Positions 36,742 to 46,204 of a stretch of 64,000 nt of DNA are shown one piece after another; within the stretch, counting starts at the first letter, position 1; each line of letters starts with the position of its first letter. This DNA comes from a virus: positions 1 through 64,000 of the IMG/VR virus record IMGVR_UViG_3300037882_001264, one strand, 5' to 3'. The notes beneath the pieces are model-generated. The model saw only the letters and a program-made list of their open reading frames with translations, searched no databases and had not been told where the DNA came from. The position numbers and the translations under genes are program-made.

Positions 36742-37416
36742 TCATTCCCCGGATCCTGCCCTCTTATGCGGCGGCCCGGGATCTTCATCAGTCCAGCCGT
36801 GCTCCAGGGTGTGGTCGGCTGGGAATCCGTGCTTGTCAGCGTCGTAGACCTTGCCCTCGATGTGGCTGTCTCCGCGCATCAGCGCAGCGGCCACGCGGTG
36901 GTGGCCGTCCACGACGTGCATGCGCCCCTGGTACTTGATGAAGCCAGGGTGATGAGTGAAGGGGTAGTGGTCGATCGCCTTCCGCGTCTGCTCATCGGCC
37001 CCGGAGTACTTCTCCTTGGTCTCGGTGTCAGCGTGCGGGTCGTCGAGGTACTTCTCCAGGTGGTACTTGTGCACGAACGGCTGCATGGCGTGGATCGGCT
37101 GGGAGAGGTCGACCTTCTCCTTGTCCATGTCATGCCAGCGCTGTGGGAAGAGGGGGATCCTCCGGCCGAACGTGTACATCTCCGGGGTGGCCGCGACCGG
37201 GCGGTACTTCTTTGAGGCGCTCGCATGATCTTCGCCGTCGTCGTATGCGCCCTCGTGCAGTCGACCTGTGTCCATCATCCCATCGGGGAAGGGGTGCACG
37301 CGACCAGCAAACCCAGCCTTGGTGACAGCGATCTCGCTGGGCCAGTGGCGGATCTTCGAGAGGGGGTCGCGCTCGTCGGCAGCGGCGCTACGCCAGAATG
37401 CTAGGACAGTGTTCAT
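36742..37416 (-). CDS. ParB/Srx N-terminal-domain protein
   Basis: HVVDGHHRVAAAL motif. Confidence 0.75.
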   Translation of the reverse strand: MNTVLAFWRSAAADERDPLSKIRHWPSEIAVTKAGFAGRVHPFPDGMMDTGRLHEGAYDDGEDHASASKKYRPVAATPEMYTFGRRIPLFPQRWHDMDKEKVDLSQPIHAMQPFVHKYHLEKYLDDPHADTETKEKYSGADEQTRKAIDHYPFTHHPGFIKYQGRMHVVDGHHRVAAALMRGDSHIEGKVYDADKHGFPADHTLEHGWTDEDPGPPHKRAGSGE

Positions 37417-40262
37417 GACCAGAGTTGGTCGTCGTCCTCGGCATCACTGAGTGAGGCCTCGACTTGCTCGTAGTGGGTCCCAGCGATGTCGAGGCGGTCG
37501 AGGTTCGCGGCCTTCTGGTCGGCGCCCTCGTTGATGATGGCGGCCTGCTCAGCGGGGCTGAAGGTCTTGACCGATTCCTTGGCCAGGAACTCGCGAGCAG
37601 CCGCAGCGATGTCACTGCTGTCCGCGCTGACTGCGCCATCGACTGCAAGGTGCCCAGCGCTCTTCTGGAACTCGGCGACGATGTCGTCGACCGAGCCCAT
37701 GGTGGCGATGCTCAGGTCCTCAGGAGTCAGTTCCTCGTCGTTGCTGAGGTCCTGCCAGGGGCTCTTGCCGTTGGGCATGCCTGAACTCTCCGCAGGCATG
37801 ACGTTCTCATCGTGCCGGGGCAAGTCGATGGTGACACCGTCAGTAGACGGGAGCGCTGCCTCGGGCTCATCGTGCAGGATGGCCTCGGCGCCCTCTTCGT
37901 TGTCAGAGGCCTCGAAGAGGAACTCGTCATTGAGGCTGGCCGAGACTCCGCCCATCCCCTCGGCGTTGTTCATGCTGGGGTTCATCATGCCCCAGCCCTG
38001 GGGGTCAGGAGCAGACGCGAAGCCCATCGAGCCAGGGTTGTCGTTCGGGTTATGCGGCTTGGTCGCGCCGGGCGCCTTGGGCTGCACATCGGAGATGGGC
38101 TCACCCCACGGCGAGTTGACGGCAGCCGTCATGTCGATGCCCATCGCGAGGATCAGGTCACCATCGAGGACTCCTTCGCGAACGAGCGTGATGGCGGGCG
38201 CCTCTGCGCTCATGTCGAGCAGCGAGGAGCGAGCCTTGAGGCTCTTGTCCGCGTCGATGTCGTACTTGACGACGACCTTGCGCGGCACCCACTTCGGCTT
38301 GTCGTTGTCCTCGTACACACTCTTGCCGAACATGCCACGCGACTGCGCCTCAAACTTCAGCGCGAGGACGTGCGAGCACATACGGCCCGCGAAGCGCGAG
38401 TTGTCGTCAGCAGCACCCCAGTGGTACGCGCCCCACTTGCAGCCGCAGGACCATGCCTGGATCGACTGCTTGCCGGGCATGCGCTGGAGGCCGCTCTCGT
38501 AGACGTTGGTGTCACCCTTGACGTTGCCGACGACCATGCCCTCGGTAGCGAGCGTGACGTGCACGCCGCCCTCGGCACGGATGCGCTTGGCCTTGCGCTG
38601 CACGTCACTCCATGCAGCCGTCAGTTGGAAGCGGAAGTCGACGTCACTGACTGCGGTGACCAGGAGTGCATCGACGTCGAGCGAGGAGTACTTGCTCGGC
38701 CCCTGCTCCTGCTGGTCGAGCAGCCAGTCCGAGTCCTCGGGCATCGCAGAGTTGATCGCCTCGTTGGCGTTCTTAGCATCGCCGATGCGGCGCTCAGAGC
38801 GCTCAACCTGCTCGCGAGGAGCGTCAGGGTGGTGGTCGTAGACGTTCTCGTAGTACTCGCGCGAGTAGGGCGCATCCTTCGGATCGTCACCGTCGTGCAG
38901 CACCTGGATCTTGTTCGACTTGCCCGGGTGGCCAGAGTCGCGCACTGAGTGGACCGTGCCAGCCTCGCCACGGAAGTCGATGACTCGATCGCCCACCTCG
39001 AACTTGGGCGGGAGGTGGCCCATGCCAGCGGTGTGTGGGTTGACACAGAAGCCACAGTCAGGATCCGGGTCTTCCCACGAGTGCTGCTCATGGGCGCGCA
39101 ACTGCTGCTGCACCTTGGCCTTGGAGAGGTCGTCCATGTCGTCCCAGGCGTAGGCGACCTTCGCAGCGGTGGTGGAACTAGAGTCCCCAGAACTGTCGCT
39201 CGACTCGGATCCTTCCGAATCGGCGTCGCTGTCCACGTCGCTGTCGGTGAAGTCCGAGGGATCGTGTACCTGGTTGGCTACGTCGCTGGGACTTCCCGCG
39301 ACCATCTGGCTTCCGCAAAGAGGGCAACTCATACCTCCCCGGTAGTTGACGCCCCAGTACCTGCACCGCGAGCAGTGCGCACCGAGTTCGTCCTTCTCGT
39401 CCTGCTCCTCCTTGGCCGAGTACTTCGTTGGGCCTGTGGGGTTGCTGTCGAGGAACTTGGCTTGCTCGGGGGATGCGTGCACGGCGTCATCGACGCGACT
39501 GGTGAGGTCGTCAGCATTCAGCACTGCGTGAGACTTGGGATCGTGCTTCGCGAGCCAAGCGCTGTTGTCATGCTCCCAGAGGTGCCTGTCCTGGCGGACG
39601 TCCTCGCGTCGATCGACCTTCTCGTTGACGTCGCGATGCACTACCTCGCCCGAGTCATCTCCGGCCTCGTGCATCGTGTGGTAGAGGTGGTGGCGCGCGA
39701 CAGCCTCACTGGGGTAGTAGCCGAGGTAGTGGCCCTTCCAGGTAGCCATGTGGCCATCTGCGTGCTCGCCCGCAGGGGACGCTTGCAGTTCGGCTGCGTC
39801 AGCCTGACCCTCGTGCAGTTCACTCGGATCTAGCGGAGTCTTGATGGTGCGGGTCGAGTCGTACCAGGAGCGGATGTCTGCCTCGCTGGCTGCGACCTTC
39901 GAGCCGAGCCGGGTGTTCGGGGCGATGTCAGGCCGGTCCACGAGGATGGTCCCGAGTTCGGGGTAGTCATCGGCAGCGGTGTGGATCGAGGAGGCCTCAG
40001 CGACCTGCGCAGACGTCGAGGACACCGTCGAGATCTGGGTCTCGGTGTACTCGCCGCCACCCAGACCGCCGTCCAGGGCGACGTGGTAGACATCGCTGCC
40101 CGGGGAGAAGCCCGAGGAGATGGCCTCGATGGTCCCTGGGAAGCCGTCCAGCGTCATGACCTGCTGGCCCACGCTGTAGCCCCCAGATTCGCCTGGGGCG
40201 GCGCTGAAGGACTGGATGGCCGCAGTGTCGTGACGGCGAGCGTCGCGTCGTCCTAGCCCCAC
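37413..40262 (-). CDS. Large modular head-region protein with SWIM-like zinc finger and zinc ribbons
   Basis: WSCGCKW...MCSHVLAL; CSRC/CPLC; directly downstream of the portal. Confidence 0.75.
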   Translation of the reverse strand: MGLGRRDARRHDTAAIQSFSAAPGESGGYSVGQQVMTLDGFPGTIEAISSGFSPGSDVYHVALDGGLGGGEYTETQISTVSSTSAQVAEASSIHTAADDYPELGTILVDRPDIAPNTRLGSKVAASEADIRSWYDSTRTIKTPLDPSELHEGQADAAELQASPAGEHADGHMATWKGHYLGYYPSEAVARHHLYHTMHEAGDDSGEVVHRDVNEKVDRREDVRQDRHLWEHDNSAWLAKHDPKSHAVLNADDLTSRVDDAVHASPEQAKFLDSNPTGPTKYSAKEEQDEKDELGAHCSRCRYWGVNYRGGMSCPLCGSQMVAGSPSDVANQVHDPSDFTDSDVDSDADSEGSESSDSSGDSSSTTAAKVAYAWDDMDDLSKAKVQQQLRAHEQHSWEDPDPDCGFCVNPHTAGMGHLPPKFEVGDRVIDFRGEAGTVHSVRDSGHPGKSNKIQVLHDGDDPKDAPYSREYYENVYDHHPDAPREQVERSERRIGDAKNANEAINSAMPEDSDWLLDQQEQGPSKYSSLDVDALLVTAVSDVDFRFQLTAAWSDVQRKAKRIRAEGGVHVTLATEGMVVGNVKGDTNVYESGLQRMPGKQSIQAWSCGCKWGAYHWGAADDNSRFAGRMCSHVLALKFEAQSRGMFGKSVYEDNDKPKWVPRKVVVKYDIDADKSLKARSSLLDMSAEAPAITLVREGVLDGDLILAMGIDMTAAVNSPWGEPISDVQPKAPGATKPHNPNDNPGSMGFASAPDPQGWGMMNPSMNNAEGMGGVSASLNDEFLFEASDNEEGAEAILHDEPEAALPSTDGVTIDLPRHDENVMPAESSGMPNGKSPWQDLSNDEELTPEDLSIATMGSVDDIVAEFQKSAGHLAVDGAVSADSSDIAAAAREFLAKESVKTFSPAEQAAIINEGADQKAANLDRLDIAGTHYEQVEASLSDAEDDDQLWS

Positions 40263-40281
40263 AGCAGCCTCCTGGTCGTTC

Positions 40282-40319
40282 CTCTACCCCTTCGGGGCCC
40301 TGGCACCTGGCAAGACAGG
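40282..40319 (-). promoter_or_regulatory. Phage-specific (late-type) promoter
   Basis: CCTGT-21 nt-GAAGGGGTAGAG. Confidence 0.65.
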
Positions 40320-40322
40320 CCC

Positions 40323-42443
40323 TCAGGCGTCTCCCAGGGGCACCTTGGGATCGAGAGCGAGGTGCTTGCGCATCCCGACATGCTTCGGGGTGGCGAAGGT
40401 TCCACGCGGGATGCCGTCGGGAATGGCCTCCTCCCGGATGACTTCCTGGTCCTCGTTGAGGATCGAGGTGGTCTTCAGTTCCGGCGGAGCCTCGTAGTGA
40501 GACTTGGCGATGGTCCTCATGCGACCGGCCTGCTGGAACAGGGCTGCGGGCTTGGGCATGCTGGACCTCATCTCGTCCGAAGGAGCGATCTCCTCACCTG
40601 GCTGCTCACCGAAGGGCTGCGTCTCCATGCCAGGCATGGGGGTGCCACCTTCCGGCGGAGTCATCATCATGTCCTCAGGCGTCGGCGCGAAGTTAGGCGT
40701 CGCAGGGTCGGGCGCAGTACCGAGCATCGGGAGCATCATCTGCTGGCCGCCCATGCCGGGCTCAGCCAGGATGACGGCACCGAAGTCTGCGGTGAGGTCG
40801 GGCGGAATCGGGAGCCCCTTGTCACGCAGGGACTCGAAGATGGCCTTACGAGTCTCCTGCTCGGCGACGGCTAGTTGCACCTGCTCATCCTTGGTTCGCT
40901 CCATCTCCTCGTCGAGATCGATGGGAGCGTTGACCAGGCGAGTCTTCATCGAGATCGGGACACCGGCTGCACGCAGGGCCTCGAAGAACTGGCGCTGCCC
41001 TTCGTCGTCGGAGAGGTTCATGGTCTTGAAGCGCAGTTCAGGGATGAGCAACTTGGGCTGCTCGACGATACGCTCCTCGCCGGTCTCCTCGTCGACTTCG
41101 AGGATCTCCTCCATGATGACGTAGCGCTTGCCGTCACGCACCTCGTAGTCGAAGTGCTCTTGTGCCTCGGCGACGATGAGTGCACGCTGACGGTAGTGGT
41201 TGGCGATCTCGTCCTGGTAGGTCGTGAGCAACTGGCTCACCAGGTCGCGGTTGAGTGCATCAGCCGCGTACGTCTCGCCAGAGGATGCGCCAGTGAGCAT
41301 CGTGCGGCTCAGCCCGAAGGACTGGAGCATGCGGTCCTCAAGGCGCTCGAAGTCGGCGCCCATGTCGGGCATGTTCTCGCGGCCGAACACCGACTCCATC
41401 TGGATGCCGAAGTGGTGGACCAGCACGCGGAAGTCGGCGGCGAGAGCCTGGTCGAGCGCTTCCTCGAAGGAGGCCAAGTCATCGTCGTTAGGGATCCAGG
41501 GCACGTCGGTGCCGAGGTCTGTGGCACTGGCTCCGAGCCGGGCCAGGATGAGCGGGGTGTAGAGGCGGTCGGCGATGGCGTCCTGGGCGGCGTTGAGCAT
41601 CTCCTCCTGCATGACAGCACGCATCGCACGCATGAGGATCGGGATGCCGCGCTTGTTGAACGTGTCGGCGGTGAACTTGATCTGCTGGAGCAGCACGTTG
41701 CTGACCGGCATGAGCGCGCCGTCGGCTGCGTAGTGGATCAGTTCGGGGTAGGTGCTGACCAGGCGCTCATAGTCGTACGCCGGGGTGCGCTTGGTGATGA
41801 CCTCGCGCAGCGTCTCGGGCAACTTGATGAAGAAGCGGGGCTCGCGAAGGAACGGGCTCCGCTCGACCTCGACGTCGTCGGGGTTGATCAGTTCGTCGTC
41901 TTCCCACACACCGAGGGCCTCGTTGAACGAGCCGAGCGGCCAGGCCTCACCGACGGTCCAGTACTCGCGGCCGATGTCGCGCAGGAACTTGTCGTAGTTC
42001 AGGCCCTCGGGGCTGAAGAAGAGATCGGTGTAGAAGTCGGTCAGTTGCTCGTCCTTGCAGACCAACTCGGAGCCGAGCAGCGGGTACTTCGAGTAGATGT
42101 CGACGCACGAGGCGATGATCGGGTGGGTCAGGTAGAGCAGTCGGCAGAAGGCGCGGATCTTCTTGATCTCATCGTGCTTCTCGACGTCGTAGGGGAGGTT
42201 GTTCTGCTTCCAGTAGAACATCGGGTCGCGAGGGCGACCAGTAGCAAACGAGAGGGACGAGCCACCGCCCCCAGCACCATTGGCGGCAGCGGTCTTGGCA
42301 GCGACCTTGCGGTTCCTGCGCATCTCGACGAGAGCGGGGTCGTCTTCTCCGGGCCCCTCGGCGCGACGGCCGAACGGCCCGCCCGTGCCCAACTTCGCGG
42401 CAATCTTGTCGAAGGCGCTGGCGCCCTCATTAGTGTCAGCCAC
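40323..42443 (-). CDS. Portal protein
   Basis: 706 aa; LYLTHPIIASCVDIYSKYP...REYWTVGEAWPL...RGIPIL.RA...AQDAIADRLYTPL pattern as recalled for Bxz1-type portals; head-gene context. Confidence 0.75.
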   Translation of the reverse strand: MADTNEGASAFDKIAAKLGTGGPFGRRAEGPGEDDPALVEMRRNRKVAAKTAAANGAGGGGSSLSFATGRPRDPMFYWKQNNLPYDVEKHDEIKKIRAFCRLLYLTHPIIASCVDIYSKYPLLGSELVCKDEQLTDFYTDLFFSPEGLNYDKFLRDIGREYWTVGEAWPLGSFNEALGVWEDDELINPDDVEVERSPFLREPRFFIKLPETLREVITKRTPAYDYERLVSTYPELIHYAADGALMPVSNVLLQQIKFTADTFNKRGIPILMRAMRAVMQEEMLNAAQDAIADRLYTPLILARLGASATDLGTDVPWIPNDDDLASFEEALDQALAADFRVLVHHFGIQMESVFGRENMPDMGADFERLEDRMLQSFGLSRTMLTGASSGETYAADALNRDLVSQLLTTYQDEIANHYRQRALIVAEAQEHFDYEVRDGKRYVIMEEILEVDEETGEERIVEQPKLLIPELRFKTMNLSDDEGQRQFFEALRAAGVPISMKTRLVNAPIDLDEEMERTKDEQVQLAVAEQETRKAIFESLRDKGLPIPPDLTADFGAVILAEPGMGGQQMMLPMLGTAPDPATPNFAPTPEDMMMTPPEGGTPMPGMETQPFGEQPGEEIAPSDEMRSSMPKPAALFQQAGRMRTIAKSHYEAPPELKTTSILNEDQEVIREEAIPDGIPRGTFATPKHVGMRKHLALDPKVPLGDA

Positions 42444-42741
42444 GAGACATCTCCCTGCTTGCTACATGAAAGTCCCAGGCCCGCTGGCCTAGGGCGCGAA
42501 TGAGATTGCCGTACATGCGACGCTCGGGCCACTCCATGCAGCCATCCGTTGCACTCATCCTTACCAGATACGCATTGAGGTTGTCAACACAAACTCCGCA
42601 CAGGGTGACCGTCTCCCCTGTGGGCCGGGCGAGAACTTCCACTGCATCCCCGAAGACGGCGCGCATGACGGCGATGTCGAGGCGGTACGGGTAGACCACC
42701 AGAGGGGTCGGGGAGTGGAACTTCGAGCCAAGACACTGCAC
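42436..42741 (-). CDS. Hypothetical zinc-binding protein
   Basis: C...H...LCGVC. Confidence 0.55.
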   Translation of the reverse strand: MQCLGSKFHSPTPLVVYPYRLDIAVMRAVFGDAVEVLARPTGETVTLCGVCVDNLNAYLVRMSATDGCMEWPERRMYGNLIRALGQRAWDFHVASREMSRG

Positions 42742-42746
42742 TGAGA

Positions 42747-43415
42747 TCAGCCCCGCGAGTCGCGTACTGCTGCCAGCGTTTCGGGTGCACGGTTGGCTGC
42801 CTTGAGGGCCAGGTAGCGCGCGTAGTTCTCCCGGTCCAGGATCGCGCCCGTCGAGGTCTTGAGGCTGGAGCCCTTGGCGAAGGGGTTGCCATCATCCTCA
42901 GCGGGCGGCCCCTCCTGCTCCGGGCCCTCTTCATCCTCATCCGGCAGGGCATCTGGATCCATCGGGTCGCCCTCGTCGAAGGGGACGGAGCCCATGGGGG
43001 CGCCACCCTGCTGCACGCCCTGGGCTGGGTCAGCGTCAGGGACGCCGGGCACGTTGACAGGCATGCCGTCCTGGGTCTGGGGCATGGCCGGGTAGGCGGG
43101 CTGCACACGGACGGTGAAGACGGCACCACAGAAGGCGCACTCTGCTCCACCGTCAGAGCGGGAGGTCAACTGGCCGGAGCCGCAGAAGGGGCAATGGAAG
43201 ACTCGGAACTGGTCGCCACTGTCGTGGGCGACCTTGTCAATCGGGGCCTTGCTCATGCCTTGCTCCATTCGCGATGCGGTCCATGGCTGGGCGGAGACGA
43301 GACCGCCTCGGGGCGTCTCGACGCATGCTGGGCATAGCATCTTGCCGCCGACTTGCTTGCGGGGAACGTACCTATCCATCGAGCGTCCGCAGTCGTGGCA
43401 CTGACGGCTAGTCAT
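42747..43415 (-). CDS. Zinc-ribbon head-region protein
   Basis: CHDC, CPAC, CPFC, CAFC; acidic linker. Confidence 0.7.
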   Translation of the reverse strand: MTSRQCHDCGRSMDRYVPRKQVGGKMLCPACVETPRGGLVSAQPWTASRMEQGMSKAPIDKVAHDSGDQFRVFHCPFCGSGQLTSRSDGGAECAFCGAVFTVRVQPAYPAMPQTQDGMPVNVPGVPDADPAQGVQQGGAPMGSVPFDEGDPMDPDALPDEDEEGPEQEGPPAEDDGNPFAKGSSLKTSTGAILDRENYARYLALKAANRAPETLAAVRDSRG

Positions 43416-43425
43416 AGGCACCTCC

Positions 43426-43464
43426 CTCTACCTCTTCGGGGGCCGTTTGAGGTGGCTCGACAGG
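43426..43464 (-). promoter_or_regulatory. Phage-specific (late-type) promoter
   Basis: CCTGT-22 nt-GAAGAGGTAGAG. Confidence 0.65.
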
Positions 43465-43466
43465 GG

Positions 43467-44363
43467 CTAGTAGGCCGAGGCGGTGAGCCGGAGGACCGGG
43501 TCCAGGGGGACCACAGCCAGCATCGCTAGCCGGTCCTCTAGGCCGAAGGAGGCCACGAGTCGGCCGTCCCACATGGTCAGTCCTGCCGCGAACTCGATGG
43601 TGGGGCGCTCGAAGTAGAACGGCGGGGTCGTGGACAAGGCGCCACGGTGCCTCCGAACGAAGCGGTTGACGTACTGCCTCTCGCCTCGATCGTAGTGGAC
43701 CTCATGGACCAGGGCGAGCCAGCCGTCGAGCATCCGGATCGCCTGAGACCCACCCCGGAGATCGGTGGTGGGGTCCAGGAGGCGGTACGGGATCCGGCCA
43801 TCCTCGTACAGTATCCCGTCCGCTGGGTCGTAGATGGCGAGCGGGGATGCCTTGTAGATGAACCGGCCGTCCTGCATCGGCATCCAGTTCTTCTCATGCA
43901 CCAACTCTGGGGCTCGCGACGGCATGATCTCTCGCTCGACCGATCGCCAGTCCTCAAGGCGATCAACAGCGATGCGGCAGACACCGTCGGCACGGTGCTC
44001 GCGCAACGTCCCGGAGACCTGCCAGTACCCATCGTCATGCCAGATAAGGCGAGCGTCCTCCATGTTCCTGACGTCGCCGTAGAGCATGGGGCCACGCACC
44101 GCGCTCTGGTCGATCTCCTGCATCCCCGTGACCCGGAGGTCATCATCGAGGTGCGCGACCCAGTTGCGTGTGTCGATGTAGCCGGGGTACTCGTACTGCC
44201 CGCGCGTGATGACGTAGTTCGAGGAGCGGACGATGCACTTGTACCCCTCGGTCGGGGAGTAGGCGATCGAGGGGTTGAACGAGGACCAACCAGGCCGCGC
44301 CGACATCGCGATGGGCCTGGTGGTGCACCAGCCGAAGAGTTCGGCGGCGGACTGCACTTCCAT
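43467..44363 (-). CDS. Five-bladed beta-propeller glycoside hydrolase/phosphorylase-like protein
   Basis: FNPSIA...EDARL...EKNWMP...LRGGS...IEFAAGL motifs. Confidence 0.7.
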   Translation of the reverse strand: MEVQSAAELFGWCTTRPIAMSARPGWSSFNPSIAYSPTEGYKCIVRSSNYVITRGQYEYPGYIDTRNWVAHLDDDLRVTGMQEIDQSAVRGPMLYGDVRNMEDARLIWHDDGYWQVSGTLREHRADGVCRIAVDRLEDWRSVEREIMPSRAPELVHEKNWMPMQDGRFIYKASPLAIYDPADGILYEDGRIPYRLLDPTTDLRGGSQAIRMLDGWLALVHEVHYDRGERQYVNRFVRRHRGALSTTPPFYFERPTIEFAAGLTMWDGRLVASFGLEDRLAMLAVVPLDPVLRLTASAY

Positions 44364-45412
44364 CAGAAGGCCAGGTTGGCAGTCGCCTGGTCCCGCTTGT
44401 ACTGGTCGAGCGACTCATCATTCGCGAGTTGGCGGAAGATCGAGCGGGCGGTCTCCTTGTCGTCGCCCCACCAGAGGGCCACGCCGACCTCCATGAGCAT
44501 GTCGAACGACTCGATGTCACGGTGCACGAAGAGGATGTCGGTGGAGGGCTCACGGGGCGCCTGGAGCGCGAGCACTTGGGCGGCGAGCCGGGCCTTACTC
44601 TGGTTGAGGATCTTGATCGCCTCGGTGAAGGCCTCCGCACGCGACGGCCGGTACGACCAGGCGACCAGGTAGTCCCCAAGGGAGCCCGTCAGTTTGGCGA
44701 TCTGGTAGTAGGCCCAGTAGATCTCCTGGTCCCAGTGGCCGATCTCCAGGTAGCGCCGGTAGGTGCGCAGAGAGTCCTCGTTGCGCCCCAGATCCTTGTA
44801 GGTCTGGGCGAGGTAGAACGCAGTGCGTGGGTCGTTCGGGTTCCTCTCGAACTCCCCCTCCAGCAGCGCCATGTCGCGAGTGAACTTCTCCGGCCGCGTG
44901 CCACCGTCGCCGTGGTGGTAGATGGTGAAGGTCGGGTGGTTCTCCGTCTTGTACGGCACTTCAGCCGACAGAAACTCGTGAGTGACTCCGTGGTAGCGCC
45001 ACGGCAGGGCTGCACTGACCAGGTAGGGCATCCACCACTCGAAGCCCCCGCCGATCTTGACCATGTAGCAGTCGGAGGTCAGTTCGCCGAGGTCGCCCGA
45101 CAACTCCATGTCGGCATCGACCAGCAGGAAGTAGGCGTTGTCCGCGTCCCAATCGAAGTCCTCAACGACCTCCTGGAGTTCGTCGAGCAGCGCGTTGCGG
45201 TTGTGGGCGAAGTTCACCCACTCTTGATTCAGCAGCGCGTACTCGACCGTGCTGTCCGCCATGAGGTCGTGGACCTTGCGCTTGGTGTTGTCAGTCGAGC
45301 CGGTGTCGATCACCACTAGGTAGTCGGCGTAGGGGAGGGCAGAGCGTAGGCAGCGCTCGATGACCTCGGATTCGTTCTTGACGATCATGCCGACAATGAC
45401 CTTGGGCATCAT
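44363..45412 (-). CDS. GT2 family glycosyltransferase with TPR repeats
   Basis: MIVKNE..IERCL.S...DTGSTD...DAD...HE; TPR-like FYLAQTYKDLG. Confidence 0.9.
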   Translation of the reverse strand: MMPKVIVGMIVKNESEVIERCLRSALPYADYLVVIDTGSTDNTKRKVHDLMADSTVEYALLNQEWVNFAHNRNALLDELQEVVEDFDWDADNAYFLLVDADMELSGDLGELTSDCYMVKIGGGFEWWMPYLVSAALPWRYHGVTHEFLSAEVPYKTENHPTFTIYHHGDGGTRPEKFTRDMALLEGEFERNPNDPRTAFYLAQTYKDLGRNEDSLRTYRRYLEIGHWDQEIYWAYYQIAKLTGSLGDYLVAWSYRPSRAEAFTEAIKILNQSKARLAAQVLALQAPREPSTDILFVHRDIESFDMLMEVGVALWWGDDKETARSIFRQLANDESLDQYKRDQATANLAF

Positions 45413-45484
45413 GCGGTGGCTCTCTTCGTTAGGGGGCTACGAGGCCACGCTAGCAGAGCCAGTTGAAACGGTCCAGCCGGTGGG

Positions 45485-45715
45485 TCAGCCGCCCAGCGCA
45501 GTCAGCCGCTGCGAGATCGTGAGCCCGCTGTTGTTCACCGGCCGGGTAGGGTCGGCCACGGTACTGGGGGTACCCAGGAGGGCTGTCTGTGCGGCAGAGC
45601 CGAGTGCGGTCCACTCTGCCTCGGTGAGCGTCGCGGTCTGGCCAGCCTGGAACACGCCATTGCGGTAGAGCCACACGTTGGTCAGCCCGGCCTTGACGAC
45701 TGCTTGCTTACCCAT
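45485..45715 (-). CDS. Small virion protein
   Basis: 76-aa ORF overlapping the upstream stop. Confidence 0.55.
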   Translation of the reverse strand: MGKQAVVKAGLTNVWLYRNGVFQAGQTATLTEAEWTALGSAAQTALLGTPSTVADPTRPVNNSGLTISQRLTALGG

Positions 45716-46196
45716 CTTCGTTCACTCCAAACGCATCGCGGATCAGACAGGCTGAGGCGAAGCGGATGACCCGCTCGCCCTCTTCGTCATCGAGTTGGCT
45801 GAGCACCTCGCGAAAGGAGACGTCGTTGCGGACGCGGCTGGCGACCAGCGCAAGCGCATCCTCGGCGATGTCCTGGAACGCGGCCAGGTGGCCTGTGTCG
45901 GCCATGGCATTGATGACCCCCGCCTCGCCAGCAGCGTCGTAGAGGTCGCGAGCGGCCACTGTCGAGATGCCAGACATCTCCAGCGAGTCATCGAGGTCGG
46001 AGTGCACCGTCATGACCGATCGTGCGGGAGCCAGGTCGTAGAGGGCCACAGGGACGATCTGACCGGCGAGCGTGCCGGTCTCCCAGGAGACGTGTGCTGA
46101 GCCCGATGCGAGCACGAGCAGGCGCCCATGGTCACCAAGGACCAGTCCCTCGTTGGCGGGACCGGTATAGGCGACCTTCTGGCCTTCCTTCAGCAT
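45708..46196 (-). CDS. Hypothetical head-region protein
   Basis: AGGAG RBS; 162 aa. Confidence 0.65.
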   Translation of the reverse strand: MLKEGQKVAYTGPANEGLVLGDHGRLLVLASGSAHVSWETGTLAGQIVPVALYDLAPARSVMTVHSDLDDSLEMSGISTVAARDLYDAAGEAGVINAMADTGHLAAFQDIAEDALALVASRVRNDVSFREVLSQLDDEEGERVIRFASACLIRDAFGVNEDG

Positions 46197-46204
46197 CTGA
46201 TCTC

